Part shown: piece by piece, positions 44,758 through 56,142 of the stretch
How the letters are laid out: each line of letters begins with the position of its first letter
Numbering within the stretch: position 1 is the stretch's first letter
NCBI GenBank assembly: GCA_963829525.1
Contig: CAWHIJ010000003.1
Location: forward strand, 2,784,001-2,848,000
Length of the DNA stretch: 64,000 bases
Direction: 5' to 3'
Origin: an uncultured Actinomycetota bacterium
Lineage (GTDB): Bacteria; Actinomycetota; Actinomycetes; JAHEKZ01
Notes under the pieces: model-generated
Databases searched by the model: none
What the model was told of the DNA's origin: nothing
The model's input: the letters and a program-made list of their open reading frames with translations, nothing else
Made by a program: the position numbers and the translations under genes

Positions 44758-44803
44758 TTTGGGTGCAGCAAGTGTGGTGGTAGCGACACTTGCTGCACCC
44801 AAA
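44758..44803. repeat. REP-like hairpin copy 1 (perfect 18-bp arms, 10-nt loop)
   Basis: TTTGGGTGCAGCAAGTGT-GGTGGTAGCG-ACACTTGCTGCACCCAAA. Confidence 0.92.
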
Positions 44804-44834
44804 CACCGTGATTCGCGTCCGCCACCGAGCCCCA

Positions 44835-44930
44835 CCTCGACGCGCCCACACCCGAAGACGTCCACACCCCAAGACGCCCCCACCCCAAGACGCCCCCACC
44901 CCAAGACGCCCCCACCCCAACGCGTCCACA
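44835..44930. repeat. 16-bp tandem repeat x6, G-quadruplex-prone on the minus strand
   Basis: CCCCAAGACGCCCCCA exact x3 (44867-44914) plus three degenerate copies. Confidence 0.9.
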
Positions 44931-45007
44931 GGTGGGGTCGAGGCCTGCCACCCACAGTCGACGCACGCCAAAGCCCCTCGACGGGATGCCTGGTTGACGC
45001 TGCGCCG

Positions 45008-45901
45008 GTGCCTCCGAAACCTCCGGTCGTCCTTCGCACCCGTGATGCCAACGGCCTCTTCGGCGCGTCCCATGTGCGCTGGATGGTCCAGTCGGGCCGT
45101 TGGCAACGACCGGCCAAAGGCGTGGTCGTGCGTCACTCCGGTGGCCTGTCCTTGCATGAGTCCGTCACGTGTGAGTTGTTGGCGCAGCACTCGTCGGCGG
45201 CGCTGGCCGGGCTGACGGCAGCCACCTTGGACGGATTGCGCGGATTCGACACACGCAAGATCTTCATCGTCACGCCTCACGGCACCCGGGCCCGTGTTCG
45301 ACCGCAGGTGATTGTCGTGCGCTCTCGACAGCTGTCAGCCAAAGACGTCCACCCTGTCCTGACTCCTCGTCGAACGCGGCTTCCCCGATCGATCGTTGAC
45401 GCAGCATCCTGGGCATCAACCGACCTGCGCTGTCAGGCGATCATCGCCTCAGCTGTGCAGCAAGGACTCGTCACAGCGAGTGCGCTGCATGTCGTCGCAG
45501 CTCCGCGGATGAAGCTTTCGCGACACGCGCTGATCACCGAGACGATCCGCGACGTAGGCGGCGGCTCGCTCAGCGAGTACGAGGTGCTCTTCATCCGGAT
45601 GTGCCGGAGGTACGGGCTACCCACACCCACACGGCAACGGCGGCGCAAGGATGCCGCTGGACGATGGCGCTACCTCGACGTCGACTTCGACGAGTACCAG
45701 CTGGTTGTGGAAGTCGATGGGCAGCAGCACATGGAGGCGCTCGCCTGGTGGGAGGACATGATGCGCAACAACGAGGTCGTCGTCGACGAGCAGAAGACTT
45801 TGCTGCGCTTCGCTGGGTTCGCGCTACGGCATCAGTGTGAGTTCGTCGCCGCGGTCCTGCGGCGGTTCTTCGACTCGCGGACTCCTGCATTGCCACGGTG
45901 A
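45008..45901 (+). CDS. AbiEi-like / DUF559 (Vsr-like) putative endonuclease
   Basis: GRWQRP..GVV, AGLTAA.L.G, RSIVDAASW, SLSE.E, YLD, VVEVDG.QH, D..RNN; start codon uncertain. Confidence 0.82.
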   Translation: MPPKPPVVLRTRDANGLFGASHVRWMVQSGRWQRPAKGVVVRHSGGLSLHESVTCELLAQHSSAALAGLTAATLDGLRGFDTRKIFIVTPHGTRARVRPQVIVVRSRQLSAKDVHPVLTPRRTRLPRSIVDAASWASTDLRCQAIIASAVQQGLVTASALHVVAAPRMKLSRHALITETIRDVGGGSLSEYEVLFIRMCRRYGLPTPTRQRRRKDAAGRWRYLDVDFDEYQLVVEVDGQQHMEALAWWEDMMRNNEVVVDEQKTLLRFAGFALRHQCEFVAAVLRRFFDSRTPALPR

Positions 45902-45911
45902 CGCCACCGTC

Positions 45912-45953
45912 TGGGTGCAGAAAGTGTTGCGTGAGCAGCACTTAAGACACCCA
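45912..45953. repeat. REP-like hairpin copy 2
   Basis: TGGGTGCAGAAAGTG-N12-CACTTAAGACACCCA, 10 nt after the DUF559 stop. Confidence 0.78.
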
Positions 45954-46127
45954 CACCCCCTCTCGAGCGGGGCCACCGGGTGCGGAGATTGCGATCCACC
46001 TGCAGCGCTTGTCTTCGACCTGTGCGAAGCGCGAAGAACCGGTCGTCGGTTGCCGTCCTTGCTCTTGGAGTCCGAGTGTGGTGCGGTGGCGGGCGTGGCC
46101 GAGGGTGCCGACGATGCAACCGACGGG

Positions 46128-47192
46128 GTGACTGTGACGCCGACGTGGGTGCTGCACGTCGATCTTGACCAGTTCATCGCAGCCGTCGAGATTCGCCGCA
46201 ACCCGACCCTGCGTGGTCGGCCAGTAGTCGTCGGCGGAGACGGTGACCCCTCGCGACGCCGCCAGGTCGTGGCGACGGCTTCGTACGAAGCGCGAGCATT
46301 CGGCGTCCATTCCGGGATGCCGCTCACGTCGGCCTATCGCCGCTGCCCGGACGCGGTCTTCCTGCCCTCCGACCGCGACGCCTATGACGCGGCGTCCGAA
46401 GAGGTGTGGAGTGTGGTCCGTGAGCTCCCCGTGGTCACCGAGGTGTGGGGCTGGGACGAGGCGGTTCTTGGGTCAGACACCGACGACCCCGAGTTACTCG
46501 CTCGGCAGATCCGTCGCACTGTCGTCGAACGCACCGGCTTCACTTGCTGCGTCGGTATAGGCGACAACAAGCTGCGGGCCAAGATTGCGACGGGCTTCGC
46601 GAAGGCACCGGCTGGTGCACTGCCAGATGCTGCCATGGGTGTGTTCCGTCTGACGAAGGCGAACTGGCTCGAGGTGATGGGAGACCGGCCGACCGATGCC
46701 CTGTGGGGCGTCGGCGGGAAGACCAGCGCGAAGCTCGCTGAGCTGGGGCTTTCGACTGTGCGAGATCTTGGGTCGGCCGACCTCGACGCGATGCGGGCCC
46801 GGTTCGGTCCCAAGACCGGGCCATGGCTGGTGTCGGTGGGACGCGGGATGGGCGACCGCACGGTCACGAACGCCCCCTGGGTGCCCCGTGGCCGAAGCTC
46901 AGAGGTTACCTATGAGCACGACGTCGTCGATCGCCCGGATCTAGAGGAAAAGCTGCGCCAGATCGCAGCCGGTGTCGTGGCCGATGTCGCACCGAGCGGC
47001 CGGGCGATCACCCACGTCGGGATCAAGGTGCGGTTCGTGCCGTTCTTCACCACGACCCGCGTGCACAAACTGGCATCGCCGACGCAAGACGCCCGCGTCG
47101 TCGCCGACAACGCCGTCGCGCTGCTCGACCGGCTAGAGCTTGGGCGTCCCATCCGTTTGCTCGGGGTCCGCGTCGAGCTCACCGATCTCTGA
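46128..47192 (+). CDS. dinB: DNA polymerase IV, DinB2-like
   Basis: WVLHVDLDQFIAAVE, ASYEAR.FG..SGM, GWDEA, NKLRAK, LWGVG, RLLGV. Confidence 0.93.
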   Translation: MTVTPTWVLHVDLDQFIAAVEIRRNPTLRGRPVVVGGDGDPSRRRQVVATASYEARAFGVHSGMPLTSAYRRCPDAVFLPSDRDAYDAASEEVWSVVRELPVVTEVWGWDEAVLGSDTDDPELLARQIRRTVVERTGFTCCVGIGDNKLRAKIATGFAKAPAGALPDAAMGVFRLTKANWLEVMGDRPTDALWGVGGKTSAKLAELGLSTVRDLGSADLDAMRARFGPKTGPWLVSVGRGMGDRTVTNAPWVPRGRSSEVTYEHDVVDRPDLEEKLRQIAAGVVADVAPSGRAITHVGIKVRFVPFFTTTRVHKLASPTQDARVVADNAVALLDRLELGRPIRLLGVRVELTDL

Positions 47193-47196
47193 GTCT

Positions 47197-47236
47197 GGGT
47201 GCACGAAGTGGTGCCAGGACCACACTTGGTGCACCC
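47197..47236. repeat. REP-like hairpin copy 3
   Basis: GGGTGCACGAAGTG-N12-CACTTGGTGCACCC, 4 nt after the dinB stop. Confidence 0.82.
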
Positions 47237-47260
47237 GCATGCAGGCGTTGGCTCGTGGCC

Positions 47261-48199
47261 CTAGTCGTTGTACGCCTCGAGCAGGATCCACGCGCTGCCG
47301 TCCAGCTCGTTGAGCGTCACCGTGTAGGTGACGCCGCCTGCTCCGCCCGCCTGTCCTTGACGCACCCTCAGGGCGCCCACCTGTTCGTCGATGACCACCG
47401 GGTCGGCGTTGATGTAGGCCATGTAAGCGTCAAACACTTCGTCGGGGTCACCTGTGACGCCGACGACGGCCGTGAAGCCACCAGTGATGGAGCCCCAGCC
47501 TTGCGGCCCAGCGAGGAAAGACCCTTCGGCAACCTTGAGGTCTGGGTCGCCTTCAACGTCGGTCGTGATCGTGGTTGGTCCGCCGACCCCCTCAGGCGCA
47601 TCTGGGAGGCCGTCGAGCGTCATGACACTCGACTCGGGCCACTGCACGCTGCCCAGCACGGGCCGGCCTGACTCTGTGACGTCCTGCCGCAGGTCGAGGG
47701 TGATGCCTTCGCCAACTTCGGAGACTCCGTTAGGCAGGGTGGCTGAGCAGATGACCTCGACGGCGTCGGCATCAAGGTCATCGGTATACGGCTGGGTGTC
47801 GACGCCGAGGGGCCCTCCGCGGTCGATCTCTTGGTTGCACACGGTGTCGTTGTACTGGGTCTGCAAGCCTTGGGGACCGCCCAACTGCGCAACGAGGTCG
47901 TCCGACAGGTCGACGATGTCAGCCCCTCCTGAGAGCAGGTACGCCTGCTGACCGTCGACGTACCAATCGCCGCCATCGATGGGCGACCGTTGCGACACCG
48001 AAGAGAAGACCGGGCCCACCAGCTGCGCACCCTGCGGCACGACGAGTTCAGCACCCATGGGCGTCCCTGCTGGCTGCATCCACGCGGCGTCCGGGGCATT
48101 CCACGGCTCGGTTGAAGAAACTGGCGCTGAGTCGCTGGCGCATCCGGCCGCAACAACTGCGAGGGCCGCAGCCGCCACTACCGCGATCACCGGGCGCAT
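47261..48199 (-). CDS. Acidic lipoprotein of unknown function
   Basis: Lipobox AAGC after a hydrophobic signal; AAAGGGGG SD before ATG. Confidence 0.72.
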   Translation of the reverse strand: MRPVIAVVAAAALAVVAAGCASDSAPVSSTEPWNAPDAAWMQPAGTPMGAELVVPQGAQLVGPVFSSVSQRSPIDGGDWYVDGQQAYLLSGGADIVDLSDDLVAQLGGPQGLQTQYNDTVCNQEIDRGGPLGVDTQPYTDDLDADAVEVICSATLPNGVSEVGEGITLDLRQDVTESGRPVLGSVQWPESSVMTLDGLPDAPEGVGGPTTITTDVEGDPDLKVAEGSFLAGPQGWGSITGGFTAVVGVTGDPDEVFDAYMAYINADPVVIDEQVGALRVRQGQAGGAGGVTYTVTLNELDGSAWILLEAYND

Positions 48200-48314
48200 C
48201 GCATCCCCCTTTGATGTCACGGCAGCATGGCTGACGCGGAGGGCGTCCACCAGCACCAGGACCCACCCGTGGCCCAACCGCAACCGCGCCGTAACCGGCC
48301 CCAAAACGCCACAA

Positions 48315-48356
48315 CGTGTAAGTCCCCTGGGCCTATAGGCCCAGGGGACTTACACG
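48315..48356. terminator. Perfect 42-bp palindrome, probable groEL terminator
   Basis: CGTGTAAGTCCCCTGGGCCTA|TAGGCCCAGGGGACTTACACG, 27 nt after the groEL stop. Confidence 0.82.
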
Positions 48357-48383
48357 CTGTTGTTGCTGGTGGTGCAGCGTGGA

Positions 48384-50165
<1,782 letters not shown>

Positions 50166-50192
50166 TTAGCACTCTCACCCTCCGAGTGCAAA
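50166..50192. promoter_or_regulatory. CIRCE element 2, overlapping the groEL promoter
   Basis: TTAGCACTC-N9-GAGTGCAAA; minus strand has a TTGCAC -35-like hexamer. Confidence 0.9.
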
Positions 50193-50268
50193 CGGTTCGG
50201 CCCGGGCGGACTGGTTTGGTGGTCCTTTGGCTCGCCACGAGGCAGCCAGAGGTCGCGTTCTGACCCGC

Positions 50269-51947
50269 TTACCCCACCAGCTGCTCAGCAAACGACGCAT
50301 ATGTGGTCCCGGGTGGAAGGGCACCGATCACGGTGCTGGCCCCGAAAGCGTCAACGGTGACCACGTCCAACGGAAGCGGCTGCGGGCGGGGGCGGTCTGG
50401 ACGAATCACGAGAAGGACGCCCGAACGCCCCGGCTGAAGCGTGATGGGAGTGCACAGCGTGCCGTCGCGGTCAGGAGCGGGCGTCACGGGCACTGGCGTC
50501 GAGAAGTCCTCGTTCCACCAGACGCACCGGCCACCATCAGGCGAAGTGTCGGCGCCGAGCGCGTAGATCGAGGTGACATTGACACTGACGTAGATCGTCG
50601 GTGAGTCGGCCGATATCGCGAGCGCGTCCGGGTTGCCCATACGCCGCACCGACGTCGAGGGGGCGCTGACCGCTAGCCAGTCGCCATTCGGCTGTCGGAC
50701 GACGAGGCCGACACCCCCCACGCGACGTCGGTCACCTGCTGTTGCGACGCGGAGGTCTGCACGACACGGCCCGCCGTCGGCTGGACGTCGAAGACTCCCA
50801 GCTTGCCACCGCAGACACACGCGAAGGCGCCGCCGCCAGGAGCCCAGGCGAGCACCGTGTCGGCGATCGATGCTTCGCCCTGAGCCCGAGCCACAGGCTT
50901 GGCCTCGGGCACCGGTATGACGGCTCCGGTGTCGATGCGGACGAGGTACAGATCGCCCGTGGCATCGCCCCTTTGGAGGTTTCCGGTGGCCTGCACCAGA
51001 AGCAGCCACGCCCCGTCCGGTGAGAGCACTGCCTGTGTCCACGGTGGCCCGCGCCGCAAGAGACCCGTGGCAACACCGTCTACGTTGCCGTCGTACCACT
51101 CCGGTGTCGGGCGCCCGGAAAGCACAGTGTGCGCTTCACCAGTTGACGCATCCGTGACGACGGGCACACCCCCGACGACGTAGGCCATCGAAGCGGTCTT
51201 GATCGGCTGTTCGGCCAAGCTCGGCAACCCACGAGGAGGCGCTGCACTGTCCGGGATCCCCCACTGTTCGATGTTCGCGGCTACCGGGTCTGCGGAGGTA
51301 TCGCCCCCACTTTCCGGTAGCAGCGCAACGGCCGCTGCTACCACGGCGACGACCGCTACCGATCCGGCAACGACACTGACAAGCTTGCGGCGTCCACCGG
51401 CGCGGGACGCGGCGAGTGCGCGATCAGCCAGGTCCGATGGCACGTCTCGGGACGCCGCGGAGTTCAGCAGCGGGAGAAGCGGCGCATTTGCAGCAGCACC
51501 GGCAGCATCTCTGAACTTCGCGGCTGCAGTTTCGATGTCTGCGTCGACATCGTCAGTCGAGCAGTGCACAAGCGCGGAGATCTCGCGACTGCTCATCGAC
51601 TCGAGACCAGAGAGCACGACGAGCACGCGTTCCCGGTTGGTGAGCGTCGCGAGCGCGTGGCGTGCACCAGGCGCATCGTCGGCGATCGCGCTGGGTGCCG
51701 GGACCGCGTCGAAGGTCTGTGCGCGTCGCGACTGGGCGATCAGCGTCTCGTGGAGGTGCCGCCTGATTTCTGCCTCAGCACTGCCGTCGCGGGAGAGTGC
51801 ACGCCACTGTCGGGCAGCAGATGCCAGCGCACCTACGACTGCTTCCTGTGCTAGGTCGTCGTCCAGCTCAAGCAGCGACGCGGCGCGAACCACGGCAGGG
51901 CCGCGCACATCGACGAACTCGGCGAATCCAGCGGGACCGTTGGCCAC
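50269..51947 (-). CDS. Degenerate ECF-sigma-like domain fused to a TM helix and extracytoplasmic beta-rich domain; frameshift at C6 50714-50719
   Basis: FAEFV...AQEAV (sigma2-like), ALATL..RER..VVL...EIS (sigma4-like), TM segment, LSPDG and AWAPGG blades; C-terminus lies in ORF 50269-51099. Confidence 0.62.
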
Positions 51948-51989
51948 CGAGTGAGTACACCACGTCGGTGGCCTCACTGCCCGCGTTGG

Positions 51990-52420
51990 TCATTCGACGA
52001 GGTCGGAAGCGAACGAGACGGCGGTCGCCCCTGGTGGGAGGGTGGTGAGGGTGGTTGTGGTTTCGCCGTTGGAGTCGATTCTCGTGACCTCGTAGTCCAC
52101 GGGATCTCCCTTCCAGTCCGTGAAGACGGTGAAGTAGGAGCTACCGAGCGCGCCAAGCAAAGGCCTGACACTGACCGATGGCATCGTCCAATCCTGGACG
52201 TCGTTCACGATCCAGTATGAGCGGTACCCCTTCATCACGCCGAGGAAGCCTCCTTGCCGGGATTGCCCCATCACGACGGCAGTCACCAGTCCCCCGGGGT
52301 CGAGAACTGAACTGATCGTGGGCCATTCTTTAGGGTCGGCCATTGACCCGTCGCCGGGCGGAACAAGCCTCCAGTCGCCGCCGAGTTCAGTCAGCTGCGT
52401 CGTTCTTGGCTCGGGGATGC
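51990..52420 (-). pseudogene. 5'-truncated paralog of the neighbouring gene's C-terminal domain
   Basis: GGDWRLV...MADP vs NGDWLAV...MGNP; LPPGATAVSFASDLVE vs LPPGTTYASFAEQLVG; frame stays open up to the ACP stop. Confidence 0.6.
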
Positions 52421-52423
52421 GGG

Positions 52424-52666
52424 TCAGGTGTGGGCGGTGAGGTAGGTGACCAGGCCTGCGAGGCTGCGCACCTGGGGGTAGTCCCCCTCTGGCACGTCGA
52501 CACCTGTGCTCTCCTTCAGGCCTTCGATCAGACCGAGGAAGTCGAGCGAGTCGAGGTCGAGCTCGGTGCGCAGGTCCTCTGATGGCTCGACGTCGTCGAG
52601 GTCGGCCTCCGGGGCTATCTGGCCCAGGATCGCGGCAACGGTGTCTCGGGCTTGGTCGGCATTCAC
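52424..52666 (-). CDS. Acyl carrier protein
   Basis: 80 aa, acidic, DLDSLD phosphopantetheine serine motif. Confidence 0.88.
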   Translation of the reverse strand: MNADQARDTVAAILGQIAPEADLDDVEPSEDLRTELDLDSLDFLGLIEGLKESTGVDVPEGDYPQVRSLAGLVTYLTAHT

Positions 52667-54171
52667 AGGTCCTCCGGTGTTTGAAGCAGATCGTCGACGG
52701 CAGATAGGAATAGTCCGCCGCGGTGTCCGTCGGTGACGCGGTGGTCAGCGGCCAGAGACGCGGTCACGATCGGGTGCACAGCCAGCATCCCGTCAACGGC
52801 CCACGGTCGCTCGACGATCCGGCCGAAGCCGACCAGGGCCACCTGCGGCGGGTAGATGACGCCCACCACCGACTCCACCCCCTGGTCACCCAGGTTCGTC
52901 ACGGTGATCGTCGGATCGGACATCTCTGAGCCTCTCAGGCGTCCGGCGCGCGCCCGGGCGACGAGGTCTTTCAGCGCAGCCATCAGGTCGTCAAGGTCCC
53001 GCGTGTCGGCGTCGTGGATCGCCGGCGCGACCAGCCCACCGCCACGGAGCGATACAGCGACGCCGAGATGCACGCCGCCGCCGCGGTGGAACGCGCCGTC
53101 GGTGTAGAAGCCGTTGACCTCGGGCACCTTCGGCACGGCCTTGGCGACCGCCTTCAGCAGGAGCGCCGCAGGAACGAGTCGCTGCTCGGCGCCGCGTCCG
53201 GCGTTGACGTCCCGCATCCATTCCATCGCCGTGCGCAGATCGATGTTCTGCGTCAGGTAGTAGTGCGGGATCTCCCGCTTGCTCTTGGCCATCAAGTCGC
53301 CGATGGCTGCGCGCATCGCCGCCTGCTTCGCGCGCGCCTTCTCCTTGGCCGACAAAGTCGTGCCAACTACCCCCTTCTGCGATGGTGCGAGTCCAGTGGC
53401 GCTACCGAGCCGTTCAGGTTCCAAGTTGTCGGGGATGGCAGGTGGCGACTTCAGCTCGGTTACAGCGGATGTGGCAGTCCTCGCGGACGCAGCACCTTCG
53501 ACGTCGGTAACCGTGATGGCGCCATCCGGACCTGTGCCGGTCACCGTGCCGAGGTCGACACCGAGCTCACGGGCACGCCGTCGGGCGAACGGCGACGCGC
53601 GCACGCGCCCCCCCTCCCCCTCCGAACGTGTGACTTCGTTGACGCCATGGGCCCCACCAGGTCGCACGTTGTGGGGGATGGCGGCCGGGACCCCGGCCGC
53701 CGCTTCGACGTCGTCGCGAGTGACGGTGCCGTTGGGGCCGCTGCCTCTCACAGTGCCGAGGTCGACACCCTTCTCATGCGCCAGGTGGCGCACGATCGGT
53801 GACGTCACGGCAGGCTCACCCGATGTCTCGGGTGGGGGCCCCGGCTCGTCAGACGTCTCGGATCGTGTAGCCGAAGTGGGCCTATGACCCCTGTCATCTT
53901 TCACATTGCGGGGCTCTGCGGCCTCTTCGGGACCGCCGCCACCGGTCAGGCTGGCCAGTACTGTGCCCACCGCCACCGTGGTGCCGGTGGGCACCAGCAG
54001 CTCCTCGACAACGCCGTCCTCGAAGACCTCGATCTCGATGGCTGACTTCGCGGTATCGATGATCGCGACGATGTCGCCGCGATGCACCTCGTCGCCTGGA
54101 GCAACGAGCCACTCGACCAGCGTCCCTTCATCCATGTCGGCGCCGAGCGACGGCATCCGGAACTCACCCAT
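52663..54171 (-). CDS. pdhC: Dihydrolipoamide acyltransferase E2 with two subunit-binding domains
   Basis: [13 protein letters not shown] lipoyl lysine, two SP..R..A...GVDL..V.G.GP.G motifs, IPHYY, DHRVTDG. Confidence 0.9.
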   Translation of the reverse strand: MGEFRMPSLGADMDEGTLVEWLVAPGDEVHRGDIVAIIDTAKSAIEIEVFEDGVVEELLVPTGTTVAVGTVLASLTGGGGPEEAAEPRNVKDDRGHRPTSATRSETSDEPGPPPETSGEPAVTSPIVRHLAHEKGVDLGTVRGSGPNGTVTRDDVEAAAGVPAAIPHNVRPGGAHGVNEVTRSEGEGGRVRASPFARRRARELGVDLGTVTGTGPDGAITVTDVEGAASARTATSAVTELKSPPAIPDNLEPERLGSATGLAPSQKGVVGTTLSAKEKARAKQAAMRAAIGDLMAKSKREIPHYYLTQNIDLRTAMEWMRDVNAGRGAEQRLVPAALLLKAVAKAVPKVPEVNGFYTDGAFHRGGGVHLGVAVSLRGGGLVAPAIHDADTRDLDDLMAALKDLVARARAGRLRGSEMSDPTITVTNLGDQGVESVVGVIYPPQVALVGFGRIVERPWAVDGMLAVHPIVTASLAADHRVTDGHRGGLFLSAVDDLLQTPEDL

Positions 54172-55147
54172 GAGCGACCACCTCCTCGGCGGCAGCCACA
54201 ATCCGCTCAACACTCGGCAGCGCGGCAAGCTCGAGGTGACGCGCATAAGGGATCGGAACCTCGACGGCGCAGACCCGACGCACCGGGGCGTCGAGGTCGA
54301 AGAACGCCTCCTCGGCGATGCGCGCACTGACCTCGCCAGCGAGCGAGAGCGTGTGCCACCCTTCGTCGACGATGACCGCTCGATGGGTCCGTCGCACTGA
54401 CGCGAGCACGGTGTCCCAGTCCAGGGGCCGCAGCACGCGGAGATCGATCACTTCTGCGCTGACGCCATCCGCAGCCAGCGCCTCTGCGGCGTCGAGGGTC
54501 TTGGGTAGCGAACCCCCATAGGTGATGAGCGAGACATCGGTTCCCTGACGTCGCACGGCTGCGTGCCAGAGGTCGTCGGGAGCCGGAGCGAGGCCTGTCA
54601 CATCCGACGGACCGCTCTCGTTGTAGAGGGCGCCGTGCTCGAAGAAGATCACCGGGTCAGGGTGCTCCAGCGCGGGCCACAGCATTCCGCGAACATCCGC
54701 GACCGTCGCTGGAGCCAAGACCACCAAGCCTGGCACATGGGCGTACCAGTTCTCGAGCGAGTGCGAGTGCTGACCGGCCAGCTGCCGGCCGGCTCCGGTC
54801 GTCATCCGGATGACGATTGGGATACTGAACTGGCCGCCGCTCATGTGGTGCAGGGACGCCGCGGTGTTGACGATCTGGTCGAGCGCGAGCAGCGAGAAGT
54901 TCACGGTCATGATCTCGACGATCGGCCGCATCCCACCGAGAGCAGCACCGATGCCAGCGCCAACGAAGCCTGACTCCGAAAGTGGGGTGTCTTTGATGCG
55001 CTCTGGTCCGAACTCTTCGAGCAGTCCCAGACTGACGCCGAACCCGCCGCCATACGCACCGACGTCCTCCCCCATGAGAAAGACCCGGTCGTCACGCTTC
55101 AGCGCCTCACGCATGGCCTCGCGGACCGCTTCGCGGTAAGTCGTCAC
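54164..55147 (-). CDS. pdhB: 2-oxoacid dehydrogenase E1 beta
   Basis: [28 protein letters not shown]. Confidence 0.92.
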   Translation of the reverse strand: MTTYREAVREAMREALKRDDRVFLMGEDVGAYGGGFGVSLGLLEEFGPERIKDTPLSESGFVGAGIGAALGGMRPIVEIMTVNFSLLALDQIVNTAASLHHMSGGQFSIPIVIRMTTGAGRQLAGQHSHSLENWYAHVPGLVVLAPATVADVRGMLWPALEHPDPVIFFEHGALYNESGPSDVTGLAPAPDDLWHAAVRRQGTDVSLITYGGSLPKTLDAAEALAADGVSAEVIDLRVLRPLDWDTVLASVRRTHRAVIVDEGWHTLSLAGEVSARIAEEAFFDLDAPVRRVCAVEVPIPYARHLELAALPSVERIVAAAEEVVAHG

Positions 55148-56142
55148 TATCCATCACCGCCAGCGCTGGTGGTGCAGACGAATCGAGTGAGCTCTTCGAC
55201 CGGCTCGATGTCACTCGCCTCGGCGAATGCAACGGCATCGTCGATCTCGGTGGTGATGTCCCCTTCCAGCTGCGCAACGTCTTCATCGGTCAGCGATGCT
55301 TCGTTGCGCATCCGCTCCGCGAGCAGCAGCAGCGGGTCGCGGTGCCGCCACTTCTCGATCTCCTCCTTCTCGCGGTACCGGTCTGGGTCGTACATCGAGT
55401 GCGCGCGGAAGCGGAACGTGCGGGCCTCAAGGAAGACTGGCGACCCGCTCTCCCGCACCTGAGCGATGGCACGGTGCGCTGCCTCATTCACGGCAAGGAC
55501 GTCCATACCGTCCACACTCCACGATGGAACCTCATACGCGGCTGCCTTGAGAGCGAGATTCGGCTCCGACTCCGAACGCTCCAGCGCGGTGCCCATCGCA
55601 TAGAGGTTGTTCTCGCACAGGAAGAGAATCGGCAGCTTCCAAAGCGCCGCCAGGTTCATCGACTCGTGGAACTCCCCTTCGGCCATCGCCCCTTCCCCAA
55701 AGAAGCAAACGGTGACCGATTCACGTCCCAGCATGCTGTCAGCGAGCGCCATGCCAACTGCCTGCGGCAGTCCGGCGCCGACGATGCCGTTGCCGCCGAA
55801 GAGTCGCTGTTCGGCATCGAACAGGTGCATCGACCCTCCGCGGCCACGGGAACACCCGTCAACCTTGCCGAACATCTCAGCCATGACCTTGCGCATCGAG
55901 ACCCCACGCACCAGGGCGTGCGCGTGCTCGCGATACGTCGCGAAGATCGAGTCATGGGCTCGGAGGTGCGGGATCGCGCCGACAGCGACCGCCTCCTCAC
56001 CGATGTACAGGTGGAGGAAACCACGGATCTTGCCGGCACTGTAGAGCTCGGCGCACCGTTCCTCGAAACGCCGCACGCGGAGCATCTTTCGGTAGAGGTC
56101 GAGCCCCAACTCACGGTCGACGGCTGAGCCGATGGCTGTCAC
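55147..56142 (-). CDS. pdhA: 2-oxoacid dehydrogenase E1 alpha
   Basis: [29 protein letters not shown]...N TPP motif, RFRAHS. Confidence 0.92.
   Translation of the reverse strand: MTAIGSAVDRELGLDLYRKMLRVRRFEERCAELYSAGKIRGFLHLYIGEEAVAVGAIPHLRAHDSIFATYREHAHALVRGVSMRKVMAEMFGKVDGCSRGRGGSMHLFDAEQRLFGGNGIVGAGLPQAVGMALADSMLGRESVTVCFFGEGAMAEGEFHESMNLAALWKLPILFLCENNLYAMGTALERSESEPNLALKAAAYEVPSWSVDGMDVLAVNEAAHRAIAQVRESGSPVFLEARTFRFRAHSMYDPDRYREKEEIEKWRHRDPLLLLAERMRNEASLTDEDVAQLEGDITTEIDDAVAFAEASDIEPVEELTRFVCTTSAGGDG

Noticed and set aside
44518-44930. Possible CRISPR array
   Set aside because: Units are degenerate and of unequal length, the intervening sequences are related rather than unique spacers, and there are no cas genes in the window.
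44543-45007. N-terminal approx. 155 aa of the 452-aa ORF, and the antisense ORFs over the repeats
   Set aside because: Translation of non-coding repeats and the hairpin; family-like sequence begins near 45008.
46014-46028. SOS box upstream of dinB (TTCGACCTGTGCGAA)
   Set aside because: Spacing does not fit TCGAAC-N4-GTTCGA.
45837-46127. N-terminal extension of dinB
   Set aside because: Overlaps the DUF559 end and hairpin 2; DinB homology starts at WVLHVD.
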